32,000 bases of DNA, from assembly GCA_049296095.1 (NCBI GenBank), contig JBAQRV010000001.1, positions 420,001 to 452,000 on the forward strand. Direction: 5' to 3'. Positions 14,262 to 21,584 of the stretch are shown one piece after another; position 1 is the stretch's first letter, and each line of letters begins with the position of its first letter. The notes under the pieces were generated by a model. It was not told the origin of the DNA. It saw nothing but the letters and a program-made list of their open reading frames with translations, and ran no database searches. The stretch comes from Candidatus Saccharimonadota bacterium. GTDB lineage: Bacteria > Patescibacteriota > Saccharimonadia > Saccharimonadales > Saccharimonadaceae. The position numbers and the translations under genes are program-made.

Positions 14262-14446
14262 ATTGCTCTCCTCTTAACATTAAAATAAGACACACAGCGA
14301 TCGGGTATATCTCAATACATCCATTCGTTGTATGTCTCGGGTCCAGCTTGTGCTAGACGGTTCCACCGGACTTTTACTTATGAGAGGCGTTACGTACACC
14401 TACACACCCACGGAACTCCAGAGGTGGTTAGACTCTATCATCGTTC
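14262..14446 (-). promoter_or_regulatory. T-box riboswitch leader of thrS
   Basis: The minus strand has T-box core GGUGGAACCG. A canonical antiterminator can be drawn. Helix A1 is GUCCGG (14366-14371) with CCGaGAC (14334-14340). The 7-nt bulge UGGAACC is at 14359-14365. Helix A2 is GUCUAGC/GCUGGAC with loop ACAA (14341-14358). A competing terminator overlaps A1. A GAUGAUAGAG K-turn-like motif lies at 14433-14442. Confidence 0.7.
14281..14337 (-). terminator. T-box expression-platform terminator
   Basis: AGACAUACA (14329-14337) pairs with UGUGUGUCU (14288-14296), followed by UUAUUUUA. The 5' arm shares AGAC with antiterminator helix A1. Confidence 0.6.
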
Positions 14447-14452
14447 TCTTAT

Positions 14453-14461
14453 ATCATACCA
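14453..14461 (-). promoter_or_regulatory. Extended -10 element (TGgTATGAT) for the thrS leader
   Basis: The minus strand reads ATATGGTATGATATAAGAGAACG, directly upstream of the Stem I region. Confidence 0.45.
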
Positions 14462-14506
14462 TATCTTGCTTCCCCACCCCTATTTTGCTATGATTGTACA
14501 GATCGC

Positions 14507-14583
14507 GGATCCTTAGCTCATTTGGCTAGAGCGCCTCATTGACGTTGAGGAGGTGAGAGGTTCGAATCCTCTAGGATCCACCA
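14507..14583 (+). tRNA. tRNA-Val (anticodon GAC)
   Basis: Cloverleaf drawn by hand: acceptor GGATCCT/AGGATCC, D arm GCTC/GAGC, anticodon arm CCTCA-TTGACGT-TGAGG, T arm AGAGG-TTCGAAT-CCTCT, discriminator A, encoded CCA. Confidence 0.95.
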
Positions 14584-14596
14584 TAGCGCTTATCAA

Positions 14597-14626
14597 ACCA
14601 CCCCATAACAGGGGTGGTTTTTGTTT
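14597..14626 (+). terminator. Intrinsic terminator after tRNA-Val
   Basis: 8-bp stem ACCACCCC/GGGGTGGT with loop ATAACA, followed by TTTTGTTT. Confidence 0.75.
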
Positions 14627-14719
14627 CCCCACAGCTTTCGATAGTTTTCCACCTGGGGGTTATCTCAAATCAAGCCTTATATATATCATAGACGGTATCA
14701 CACGTGAAACCCTGTTCCA

Positions 14720-14748
14720 TTGACAATATATACCCTTTATGCTAATAT
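14720..14748 (+). promoter_or_regulatory. Sigma70-type promoter (TTGACA, 17 nt, TAATAT)
   Basis: -35 at 14720-14725, a 17-nt spacer, and -10 at 14743-14748. The ATG at 14755 begins 6 nt after the -10 box. Confidence 0.6.
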
Positions 14749-14754
14749 GAGTGC

Positions 14755-14880
14755 ATGGTTAAGAAACAACAGATGACAAGCCATCCACAAACTACTGCCC
14801 TTGATCGTTTTGCGCTTGCCTTTGAGTACGACAAAACTATCCAAGAGATCAAACGAGACGTTCGTAACCGAACTATCTAA
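14755..14880 (+). CDS. Candidate leaderless small ORF (41 aa), unknown function
   Basis: MVKKQQMTSHPQTTALDRFALAFEYDKTIQEIKRDVRNRTI. It sits between a strong promoter and the strong terminator at 14898-14925. It is below the track threshold, and no family was recognised. Confidence 0.35.
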   Translation: MVKKQQMTSHPQTTALDRFALAFEYDKTIQEIKRDVRNRTI

Positions 14881-14897
14881 TACTTGTCACCTATCCA

Positions 14898-14925
14898 AAG
14901 AGCCTCCCCAAAAGGGAGGCTCTTC
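14898..14925. terminator. Bidirectional intrinsic terminator
   Basis: AAGAGCCTCCC-CAAAA-GGGAGGCTCTT stem, T-rich on the plus side. It lies 20 nt beyond the stop of the convergent GT2 gene. Confidence 0.75.
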
Positions 14926-14944
14926 TTCATTCTGGATTAAAAGG

Positions 14945-16591
14945 TTAGGCGGCTTTGACTGCCTTTACCTTATCTTTCACCTGGGCCTTTGTCGTGACGT
15001 CAAAGCGCACCAGGTACTTCCCGAGCGCCAAACGGGCCTGTGAGTACAGGGCGGCCGCTGAGAGGTACCCTATAGCCGTCAGGGGCATCAACACCCACTG
15101 AAGGACCATCCAGATGGTACGGTGGCGCTTGTAGCGTGCTGGACGCGGCGGTAACAGCTTAAAAGCCTGAAAGATCATGACAACGATTCCGATGAGGGCA
15201 ATCCTTTGAATCAAACTAATCACGTCCGGAAGCTGGTGCGCCACAACATCACTATAGGCGTGCTGATTAATCAGTAGTGGCACCCATCCCCCAACGGCGA
15301 CAATAATCGACACGCTCGCAGCGGTCACGTAGCCATCCAACGCCCGTACAAACCAGAGAAAGCCAGAGGCGAACGGTACATTACGTTTTGAGCTAAACAG
15401 ATGGACCGCAATATAAGGGATATCAGAGGCCCCATACATCCAGCGACGTAGCTGGATAAACTGCGCCTTCAGGGTTTTTCTATAGGTTACGTCGAGCACT
15501 GCGTCCTGGTAGATCGGAATATACACGGGGTGCACCGAATAATTACCGTTGAAATAGAAATAGCTGCGCCAGAACTGGTGTCCGTCCTCGACGATTGTGC
15601 GGGTGCTCCAAAAGCCCATCTCCACCAAAGCTTCCATTGGCTGCGAGTGCGAAGCAAAGTTACGCAGGATATGCGGACGCATCGAGGTAATAATGTTCCA
15701 AAAGGTGTTACCAGTCGCCAGAACACGCATTGGAGCCGGTACATCCCAGATATTGTTCATAAATAGGGCGATCGGCTGATATGAGAGGTGTTTACGCTCT
15801 TCATTGACGACGAACTCATAGGTCACATAGTCAAAATATGAGGCATGCGGCTTGTTATCAGAGTCCAGGGTCGTGACCATAATATTTTTGTAGGCAATCC
15901 CCTTGTCAGCAAACCAACCTTGCATATATTTGCCTGCAAAAGTGATGTTCCCACCCTTTCCGACAACTTCGTTTGGTAGATCACGGGGATGCTTGATAAT
16001 AAGGACTTCGAGAAACTTCGACCCGTATTTCCTTTGAATACGCTGGGCAGTCTTTTCCATATCAGGACCCCCACGCTCTTCATAGGCTAGTACAACAACC
16101 ATTTTCTTGTGGTCATAGGTCGTGTCGACGAGTGATTGAAAAGTTGGATCAATCACTTCAAATGACTCATTATAGGCAGCCACGATAACTAAATTATAGA
16201 GGTCGGACGGTTTAGGAAATGCGTCACGATCAGCCGCAGCCAGTCTCAGATTATCAACATGCGCCATCATGCCATAGGCGTGAGAACGACTATTCTTGTG
16301 TAGCTCGTATGACGAAACAGGGTCATTGAAATCTTCCAACCGCTCTTTCCAGTCAATCTTTTGCGCCCGAATCAAACGATTATGACCCCTGATCGAGTGA
16401 TACAAAATCCCGACCGCCTTCACCAGCACGGTGATAATAATGAGCATCAGGTAAATTGCCGCCAGTAGCGGTGATACAAGGGATAAAACAATCAGCAAAA
16501 CAAAAGCGCCGTAGCTCAGCGCTGCCGGCAACATTTCAAACAGTCGGTATTTAAGCGTTCGCTTCCCTAGGGGCAGTTCGAGATCAATCAT
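14945..16591 (-). CDS. Membrane-embedded processive family-2 glycosyltransferase (cellulose/chitin/hyaluronan-synthase-like)
   Basis: Two N-terminal TM helices, then a GT-A core (VIVAAYNES, TLDSDN), the QLRRW (QxxRW) processivity motif, and a C-terminal TM bundle. Confidence 0.85.
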   Translation of the reverse strand: MIDLELPLGKRTLKYRLFEMLPAALSYGAFVLLIVLSLVSPLLAAIYLMLIIITVLVKAVGILYHSIRGHNRLIRAQKIDWKERLEDFNDPVSSYELHKNSRSHAYGMMAHVDNLRLAAADRDAFPKPSDLYNLVIVAAYNESFEVIDPTFQSLVDTTYDHKKMVVVLAYEERGGPDMEKTAQRIQRKYGSKFLEVLIIKHPRDLPNEVVGKGGNITFAGKYMQGWFADKGIAYKNIMVTTLDSDNKPHASYFDYVTYEFVVNEERKHLSYQPIALFMNNIWDVPAPMRVLATGNTFWNIITSMRPHILRNFASHSQPMEALVEMGFWSTRTIVEDGHQFWRSYFYFNGNYSVHPVYIPIYQDAVLDVTYRKTLKAQFIQLRRWMYGASDIPYIAVHLFSSKRNVPFASGFLWFVRALDGYVTAASVSIIVAVGGWVPLLINQHAYSDVVAHQLPDVISLIQRIALIGIVVMIFQAFKLLPPRPARYKRHRTIWMVLQWVLMPLTAIGYLSAAALYSQARLALGKYLVRFDVTTKAQVKDKVKAVKAA

Positions 16592-16592
16592 C

Positions 16593-16970
16593 TTATACTG
16601 GTGACCAGACGTTGATGATTGAAAAACTCGTTACCCAGGCGAGAATAATAATCCCAATGCCCAGCCATGCAAACATGATCGCTAGCGGATGACCCTTGGT
16701 GATGTACATCTTGATAGCAATAGCCAGGTGCAGCAGCGCAACGATCAAGCCGAAGGCAGCGAACGACAACAGGTAAAACCATTGGTCCCGATAGAGGTGT
16801 GTCACTCCATACGCAGTGTAATGTGTCACGAGTTGTAACTCTGAGGGACGAACAGTGATAAATATATACGCCATATACGCCACCATAAGAACCACGGTGA
16901 CGATAGCCAAGACCGTTAAGTAGCGGTTAGTGATAAGTTCTTTGAAAGACTGTTTAATAGTATCTAGCAT
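16593..16970 (-). CDS. Small 4-TM membrane protein, likely co-translated partner of the GT2 synthase
   Basis: 125-aa hydrophobic ORF. Its stop at 16593 lies 1 nt from the GT2 start at 16591. Confidence 0.6.
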   Translation of the reverse strand: MLDTIKQSFKELITNRYLTVLAIVTVVLMVAYMAYIFITVRPSELQLVTHYTAYGVTHLYRDQWFYLLSFAAFGLIVALLHLAIAIKMYITKGHPLAIMFAWLGIGIIILAWVTSFSIINVWSPV

Positions 16971-16980
16971 ATATGTGATC

Positions 16981-17056
16981 TGGAGCCGCTGTCCGGGTTT
17001 GAACCGGAGACCTACGCTTTACGAAAGCGCCGCTCTACCAACTGAGCTACAGCGGC
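16981..17056 (-). tRNA. tRNA-Thr (anticodon CGU)
   Basis: Minus strand: GCCGCTG-TA-GCTC-AGTTGGTA-GAGC-G-GCGCT-TTCGTAA-AGCGT-AGGTC-TCCGG-TTCAAAC-CCGGA-CAGCGGC-T-CCA. The discriminator is U. Confidence 0.95.
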
Positions 17057-17075
17057 AGGCTCGCTTCTCTGAAGT

Positions 17076-17084
17076 ATTATAGCA
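17076..17084 (-). promoter_or_regulatory. Extended -10 element (TGcTATAAT) for tRNA-Thr
   Basis: The minus strand reads CCAATGCTATAATACTTCAGAG about 20 nt upstream of the tRNA 5' end. Confidence 0.5.
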
Positions 17085-17119
17085 TTGGCGCGGTTGAAAA
17101 CAAACGCCTGCAACAGAGG

Positions 17120-17148
17120 TTGATTAAGAGACGAAAAACTGCTATCAT
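17120..17148 (+). promoter_or_regulatory. Sigma70-type promoter for tRNA-Asp (TTGATT, 17 nt, TATCAT)
   Basis: Hexamers at 17120-17125 and 17143-17148 with a 17-nt spacer. Confidence 0.5.
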
Positions 17149-17177
17149 CTATTGAGCTTAGGCAAAAGCACATACGA

Positions 17178-17255
17178 GGGCTCGTAGTGAAGCTGGCCTA
17201 TCACGCCTCCCTGTCACGGAGGAGATCGCCGGTTCGAATCCGGTCGGGCCCGCCA
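17178..17255 (+). tRNA. tRNA-Asp (anticodon GUC)
   Basis: GGGCTCG-TA-GTGA-AGCTGGCCTA-TCAC-G-CCTCC-CTGTCAC-GGAGG-AGATC-GCCGG-TTCGAAT-CCGGT-CGGGCCC-G-CCA. Confidence 0.95.
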
Positions 17256-17267
17256 AGAAATTTATTT

Positions 17268-17292
17268 AAAAGACTCCATGGGGGGTCTTTTT
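17268..17292. terminator. Bidirectional intrinsic terminator (tRNA-Asp and sod)
   Basis: AAAAGACTCC-ATGG-GGGGTCTTTTT. It directly abuts the sod stop codon at 17293-17295. Confidence 0.7.
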
Positions 17293-17886
17293 CTATTGTT
17301 TGTAACGACTCTCGACAAAAGGCCAATTCACCACATCCCACCAAGCGCTGACATAGTCGTCGCGCTTGTTTTTATAATCAAGATAATAGGCGTGTTCCCA
17401 GACATCGAGACCGAGAAGTGGCTCCGATCCCCCAGCCATCAGTGGTGAATCCTGATTCGGGGTGGTCACAATCGACAGATCGGGCATCAACCAGGCCCAA
17501 CCACTCCCGAAAACACCTAAGGCTTTGGCAGTAAACTCATCTTTGAATGCCTGATACGACCCGTATTTCTGAATAAGTATTGTACCCAGCTCACCAGTTG
17601 GCTCACCGCCTCCGTTTGGAGACATAGCCTTCCAAAAAAGACTGTGGTTATAATGACCACCCCCATGATTTCGGACTGCCGTTCGAACGGCTTCGGGGAC
17701 AGCGTCGAGATTACTGATAAGTTCGACGACCGTTTTACCAGCGAGTTCTGGCTGGCTTTCGACTGCCGCATTTAACTTATCGACATACGTCTGATGGTGC
17801 TTCTGATGATGCAGCTCCATGATATCTTTGCTGATATTAGGTCCGAGTGCATCGTAGTCGTAATCGAGTGCAGGGAGTGTGAACAT
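17293..17886 (-). CDS. sodA: Fe/Mn-family superoxide dismutase
   Basis: LPALDYDYDALGPNISKDIMELHHQKHHQTYV, then NHSLFW and DVWEHAYYLDYKNKR. These are the canonical Fe/Mn SOD motifs. Metal specificity was not determined. Confidence 0.9.
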   Translation of the reverse strand: MFTLPALDYDYDALGPNISKDIMELHHQKHHQTYVDKLNAAVESQPELAGKTVVELISNLDAVPEAVRTAVRNHGGGHYNHSLFWKAMSPNGGGEPTGELGTILIQKYGSYQAFKDEFTAKALGVFGSGWAWLMPDLSIVTTPNQDSPLMAGGSEPLLGLDVWEHAYYLDYKNKRDDYVSAWWDVVNWPFVESRYKQ

Positions 17887-17896
17887 GTGACCTCCT

Positions 17897-18949
17897 CTAT
17901 TGGTTAGTAGCTTCTACGTCTGGGATCGAGATATATTCTGTGACCTTACCGTTGTCTTTAATCCCAGCGATCTGTTTTGCAAAGACTGTTAGAGGAATAT
18001 GAACGTATTCAAAGTTTACCTGAGAATCGTTTATATCAATGAGCTTGACGTAGTAGTAGCCATCGCCTGTTGTCGATTTAATAACAGGAGAGATGCCACC
18101 TTTTTGGAGTAAGGCTGCAGCAGTGGCTAGTCCACCATCCTGGTTGTTGCGAGGCACCCAACCGAGAGCACCGTAGACTGCTTGACCATCACCACTCTGG
18201 CTATATGTCTCGGCAACACTCTTGAGGTCAGTATTACCATTTGCGATGAGTTGACCAACAGCCAGTGATGCTTTTTCAGCGGTTGTGTCAACGGCATAGG
18301 CTGCTTTTTGACGAAGGAGTTTTGTTTTCATCGCGTGACGATACTCCTCTGGTGACCAACCGTAGTAATCAAGGATAACAGCGTCATAGGTTGTTTCCGA
18401 TACAGCACCGTCACTCGAGTTTCGTTGTGATTTTAAGAACGCTTCCAATTCTACATCAGAGACAGACAGGTCTTTTTCCTTGGCAATCTTGAGAGCATAG
18501 GCATCGGCAATCGCATCTTCCATAGCCTGTTGTTTTACAAAATCAGATTGGCGGCGACCGTCCTCAGTATTCAAATTGACCTGCTCTTTTTCTTGCAAGT
18601 AATGAATCGAGCTGCGGTATTTCATCAGGTAATCACTGTAACGAACCTCTTGATTCTCTACTCTAGCGACTGGCACCGGGATAACCTTTGTCACGCGGTA
18701 CATAAAGTCACTCGTGTTCTGCACGAAATAGAGCTGCCAGCCAACAAAGCCGACGAGCAAAATAATCACACCAACAGAGATAAGAATGGCGTTAATCACC
18801 AAGCGATGACGCGCGTACTGTACAGGGTATTTAAAGCGACGCCCACCAGCCAGCATACGCTCGCGGTGCTCGACAATAGTTTCGGTCGTAATTCGTCCTG
18901 GTTCTTCGGGCTGGCCCTTGCGACGAATCTTATTCAGCAACTTCTTCAT
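17897..18949 (-). CDS. Membrane-anchored SurA-N/PrsA-like chaperone with C-terminal parvulin-like domain
   Basis: One N-terminal TM helix and a long helical SurA_N-like region. The C-terminal GALGWVPRNNQDGGLATAAALLQKGGISPVIKSTTGDGYYYVKLI resembles the parvulin GDLGWF...G.S.PV.T..GYH.I pattern. Confidence 0.6.
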   Translation of the reverse strand: MKKLLNKIRRKGQPEEPGRITTETIVEHRERMLAGGRRFKYPVQYARHRLVINAILISVGVIILLVGFVGWQLYFVQNTSDFMYRVTKVIPVPVARVENQEVRYSDYLMKYRSSIHYLQEKEQVNLNTEDGRRQSDFVKQQAMEDAIADAYALKIAKEKDLSVSDVELEAFLKSQRNSSDGAVSETTYDAVILDYYGWSPEEYRHAMKTKLLRQKAAYAVDTTAEKASLAVGQLIANGNTDLKSVAETYSQSGDGQAVYGALGWVPRNNQDGGLATAAALLQKGGISPVIKSTTGDGYYYVKLIDINDSQVNFEYVHIPLTVFAKQIAGIKDNGKVTEYISIPDVEATNQ

Positions 18950-19466
18950 GATCTCCCTGGGTTTCGATAGCTGTATTTACAGCATTTTGTAATTTATTAT
19001 AGGTCTTCTCTGGATGCTCAACATATCGGATCACCAAGTCACCCACAAAGGTCTGAATGACGATGGTTCCAAAGCCGAAAATCTCTCCACTGAATCCTGG
19101 TATATTATAGCTTATGTTTTGGATCTTGGACAGTCGCAGCTCGACAACGTCCTTGCCGAATATCCCCTTTTGGGTCACCTGGCGGATACGCTGATTCGTC
19201 ACGATATAGATTGTAAAGTACCACATTATCAGGTGGTAGAAAAAGAGAATCAGCCCGAGCGCAAAACCGCCAAGTGGCAATAGAAATAGCTCTAGGTTCG
19301 ATTGCCAGATAAGCGGCGGGATCGCCGTAATAACCAGTGGGATCAGTAAGAGATAAAACCCTTTTCGCATGGCTATAATATGACGACGAAAGACAAATTC
19401 AACCTTCTCGCCTGGTCGCTGCCCCTCAAAATCGAGATGTGCAGTTTCTTTTTCTTTAGTGGCCAT
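18930..19466 (-). CDS. Bacterial PH-domain (YdbS/YdbT, bPH_2-like) membrane protein
   Basis: Two TM helices are followed by IYIVTNQRIRQVTQKGIFGKDVVELRLSKIQNISYNIPGFSGEIFGFGTIVIQT, typical of the DUF304/bPH_2 fold. The gene overlaps the downstream gene by 20 nt. Confidence 0.6.
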   Translation of the reverse strand: MATKEKETAHLDFEGQRPGEKVEFVFRRHIIAMRKGFYLLLIPLVITAIPPLIWQSNLELFLLPLGGFALGLILFFYHLIMWYFTIYIVTNQRIRQVTQKGIFGKDVVELRLSKIQNISYNIPGFSGEIFGFGTIVIQTFVGDLVIRYVEHPEKTYNKLQNAVNTAIETQGDHEEVAE

Positions 19467-19475
19467 AGCCCTATT

Positions 19476-20048
19476 CTACTCGTTATTGTCGTCGAGGTTA
19501 ACTTTTATAGTAACGTTTGATGGACCAGCATTACCATCGATCTCATAGGTCGTGTTCAAATCCTTATTCATCCAGTGCGCATTAAAGAATGCATCATCGC
19601 GAAGCTTGCTTGAGACAGACAGGCGGATATACTCCCCCTTATCTGACTTATAGTGATACTGAATTTGCATGCTACCTGGGTATGGTTCATCAAAGAAGAC
19701 AAATCCAGCATCCTTGATCTTTTGATCCAAGTCCTTGGCCGTCACGTCCACATTCGCACCCCGAGTATAGTATTTGGCCGAAGAGAAACTACGACTGTTG
19801 TCCCAGTCATAAAGGCGCTTTTCACCAAAAACCTCGGAATCCTTCAGCAAATAGGTCTGATCGTCAATCTTGAGACTGGCATAAATCTCGTTAATCCGCG
19901 CGTAGCGAGCCTGATTTTGCATCTTGGGAATAATGTATGTCAGCGTAACTGCGACAACCAGGGCGACAACGAGAAGAATCGCCCCCAGGAGGATAAATTT
20001 ACTTTTTTTTGAAACTTGGGACTTGGCCGTTTTCTTTGTTTTTTTCAT
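19476..20048 (-). CDS. Hypothetical N-terminally anchored extracytoplasmic protein
   Basis: 190-aa ORF with a Lys-rich N-terminus and a single TM helix (FILLGAILLVVALVVAVTLTYII). No family recognised. Confidence 0.5.
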   Translation of the reverse strand: MKKTKKTAKSQVSKKSKFILLGAILLVVALVVAVTLTYIIPKMQNQARYARINEIYASLKIDDQTYLLKDSEVFGEKRLYDWDNSRSFSSAKYYTRGANVDVTAKDLDQKIKDAGFVFFDEPYPGSMQIQYHYKSDKGEYIRLSVSSKLRDDAFFNAHWMNKDLNTTYEIDGNAGPSNVTIKVNLDDNNE

Positions 20049-20078
20049 AGTGTCTTTATTTTAGCATAAGTGCAATAT

Positions 20079-20155
20079 TGGTACCCCGAGCAGGAGTTGA
20101 ACCTACAACCTTATCCTTAGGACGGATCTGCTCTATCCAGTTGAGCTACCGGGGC
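20079..20155 (-). tRNA. tRNA-Arg (anticodon CCU)
   Basis: Minus strand: GCCCCGG-TA-GCTC-AACTGGATA-GAGC-A-GATCC-GTCCTAA-GGATA-AGGTT-GTAGG-TTCAACT-CCTGC-TCGGGGT-A-CCA. It has non-canonical G1.U72, G7.U66, G27/A43 and G32. Confidence 0.85.
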
Positions 20156-20185
20156 ACGCGTATCTCTCTAGCGAGATACTCACCT

Positions 20186-20191
20186 ATTATA
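20186..20191 (-). promoter_or_regulatory. -10 box TATAAT for tRNA-Arg
   Basis: The minus strand reads GGGGTATAATAGGTGAG about 30 nt upstream of the tRNA, just after the ndk stop. Confidence 0.4.
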
Positions 20192-20203
20192 CCCCGAGAG
20201 GTG

Positions 20204-20725
20204 TTATTTCCTCTTGTTTTGGGGGTGAGGCTGCGTAAAGTATTCGTGGACGATCTGGTAATCGGTAAAGATTTCATCGTCTTTAAACCAATGAGCGATT
20301 TCAAGCTTTGCTTCATCAGCATCACCTGAGGCATGAACGATCGTTGGCAGTGCCACATTGTGTGCATTGACGTGGTCGAGACTGGCGTGCGCAAAGTCGC
20401 CACGAATCGTGCCTGGATCAGCGTCGCGCGTGCTGGTTGCACCAACCATTTTTCGTACTTGAGGGACTGCTTCAACACCTTGAAGTACCATGGCAATAAC
20501 CGGTCCTTCCTGCATGGCACCGAGTTGCACGCGGAACTGGGCTTCGCCACGGCGAGACACCATCTTGCCAATCGTTTCATAGTGATGGTAATAATGCGCT
20601 TCGTCTGGGTTCACCATCTTCATCGCAACGATCTTGAGACCTACCTTTTCAAAACGAGTGAGGACTTCGCCCATAATGCCTCGTTGAATAGCGTCCGGTT
20701 TAAATACAACTAATGTCTGTTCCAT
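20204..20725 (-). CDS. ndk: Nucleoside diphosphate kinase
   Basis: MEQTLVVFKPDAIQRGIMGEVLTRFEKVGLKIVAMKM, then GATSTRDADPGTIRGDF and VHASGDADEA. These are NDK motifs and include the catalytic His context. Confidence 0.9.
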   Translation of the reverse strand: MEQTLVVFKPDAIQRGIMGEVLTRFEKVGLKIVAMKMVNPDEAHYYHHYETIGKMVSRRGEAQFRVQLGAMQEGPVIAMVLQGVEAVPQVRKMVGATSTRDADPGTIRGDFAHASLDHVNAHNVALPTIVHASGDADEAKLEIAHWFKDDEIFTDYQIVHEYFTQPHPQNKRK

Positions 20726-20749
20726 ACGGTCTCCTTTAAAAGTCTTTGT

Positions 20750-21562
20750 CTATTGTACCAAAAGAATCACCGCTAGCACCGCTGCCAAACCGATTCGATA
20801 CCAGCCAAACACTGCAAGTGAGTGCTTTGCGAGGTAGCGCATCAAGAATCCGACCGCCAGTAAGCCTGCTCCGAAGGCGAAAACGTTAGATACCAAAAGT
20901 GTCCCGAAGTGGTCTGACAGATAGATGTGATCGCTCACTAACACCTTCAACGTCACCCCAGCCATAATTGGGAGCGATGCCAAAAAGCTATACTCAGCCG
21001 CTTCAGCCGGTTTCAGCCCCGCCAGGCGTCCTGCGATAATCGTCGCACCTGATCGAGAAACTCCAGGGATCAGGGCCAACATTTGGGCACCACCAACAAA
21101 TAATGCACGCCACGGGCTCAACTTTGCTCCGTCAGCCACCGCAGAGGCCTTTGGGAGCTTCTCCAGCACTACCATCACAATACCAATGATCGCTAACGTA
21201 AAGACGACCACCACCGCACTCCCAAAGAAGGCGGACGAGCCGATAAAGTCTGACAAAACGAACCCGACAACCCCGGCTGGGATGGAGGTGATGAGGATAT
21301 TGCGTGCCAGGCGATAGTTGCGATGAACAAAGACGTCCTTGATAATATCCCAGATACGCACACGGAAGAATACGAGAAGCGCTAGCATCGTCCCAATATT
21401 TATAAACTCCAAGAACAGATGATCCGATGCACCACTAAAGAGGGTTTGAGCAATCACCAAATGCCCCGAACTACTGATCGGAATAAACTCCGTCAGTCCT
21501 TGAATCAATCCTAGAATAATCGCCTCGAGCCATTGCATGCGTTCTATTGTATCGTCCCTCAC
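20750..21562 (-). CDS. uppP: Undecaprenyl-diphosphate phosphatase
   Basis: Polytopic membrane protein with GLTEFIPISSSGHL and PGVSRSGATI, the BacA/UppP signature motifs. Confidence 0.9.
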   Translation of the reverse strand: MRDDTIERMQWLEAIILGLIQGLTEFIPISSSGHLVIAQTLFSGASDHLFLEFINIGTMLALLVFFRVRIWDIIKDVFVHRNYRLARNILITSIPAGVVGFVLSDFIGSSAFFGSAVVVVFTLAIIGIVMVVLEKLPKASAVADGAKLSPWRALFVGGAQMLALIPGVSRSGATIIAGRLAGLKPAEAAEYSFLASLPIMAGVTLKVLVSDHIYLSDHFGTLLVSNVFAFGAGLLAVGFLMRYLAKHSLAVFGWYRIGLAAVLAVILLVQ

Positions 21563-21584
21563 GGTTTTAGGCTATGCTTAGAGT

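Noticed and set aside
14801-15043. 80-aa plus-strand track ORF
   Set aside because: It crosses a strong bidirectional terminator and runs antisense into the GT2 gene. The 41-codon ORF in another frame fits the promoter and terminator boundaries far better.
20078-20580. Track ORFs 20078-20329 (+) and 20146-20580 (-)
   Set aside because: The first overlaps the tRNA-Arg gene and is antisense to ndk. The second is an alternative frame inside ndk. Neither has a recognisable sequence.
21563-21584. Possible dif or regulatory site in the 22-nt gap between divergent uppP and the Xer gene
   Set aside because: No 28-nt dif-like imperfect palindrome is visible, and the gap is too short to evaluate promoters by eye.
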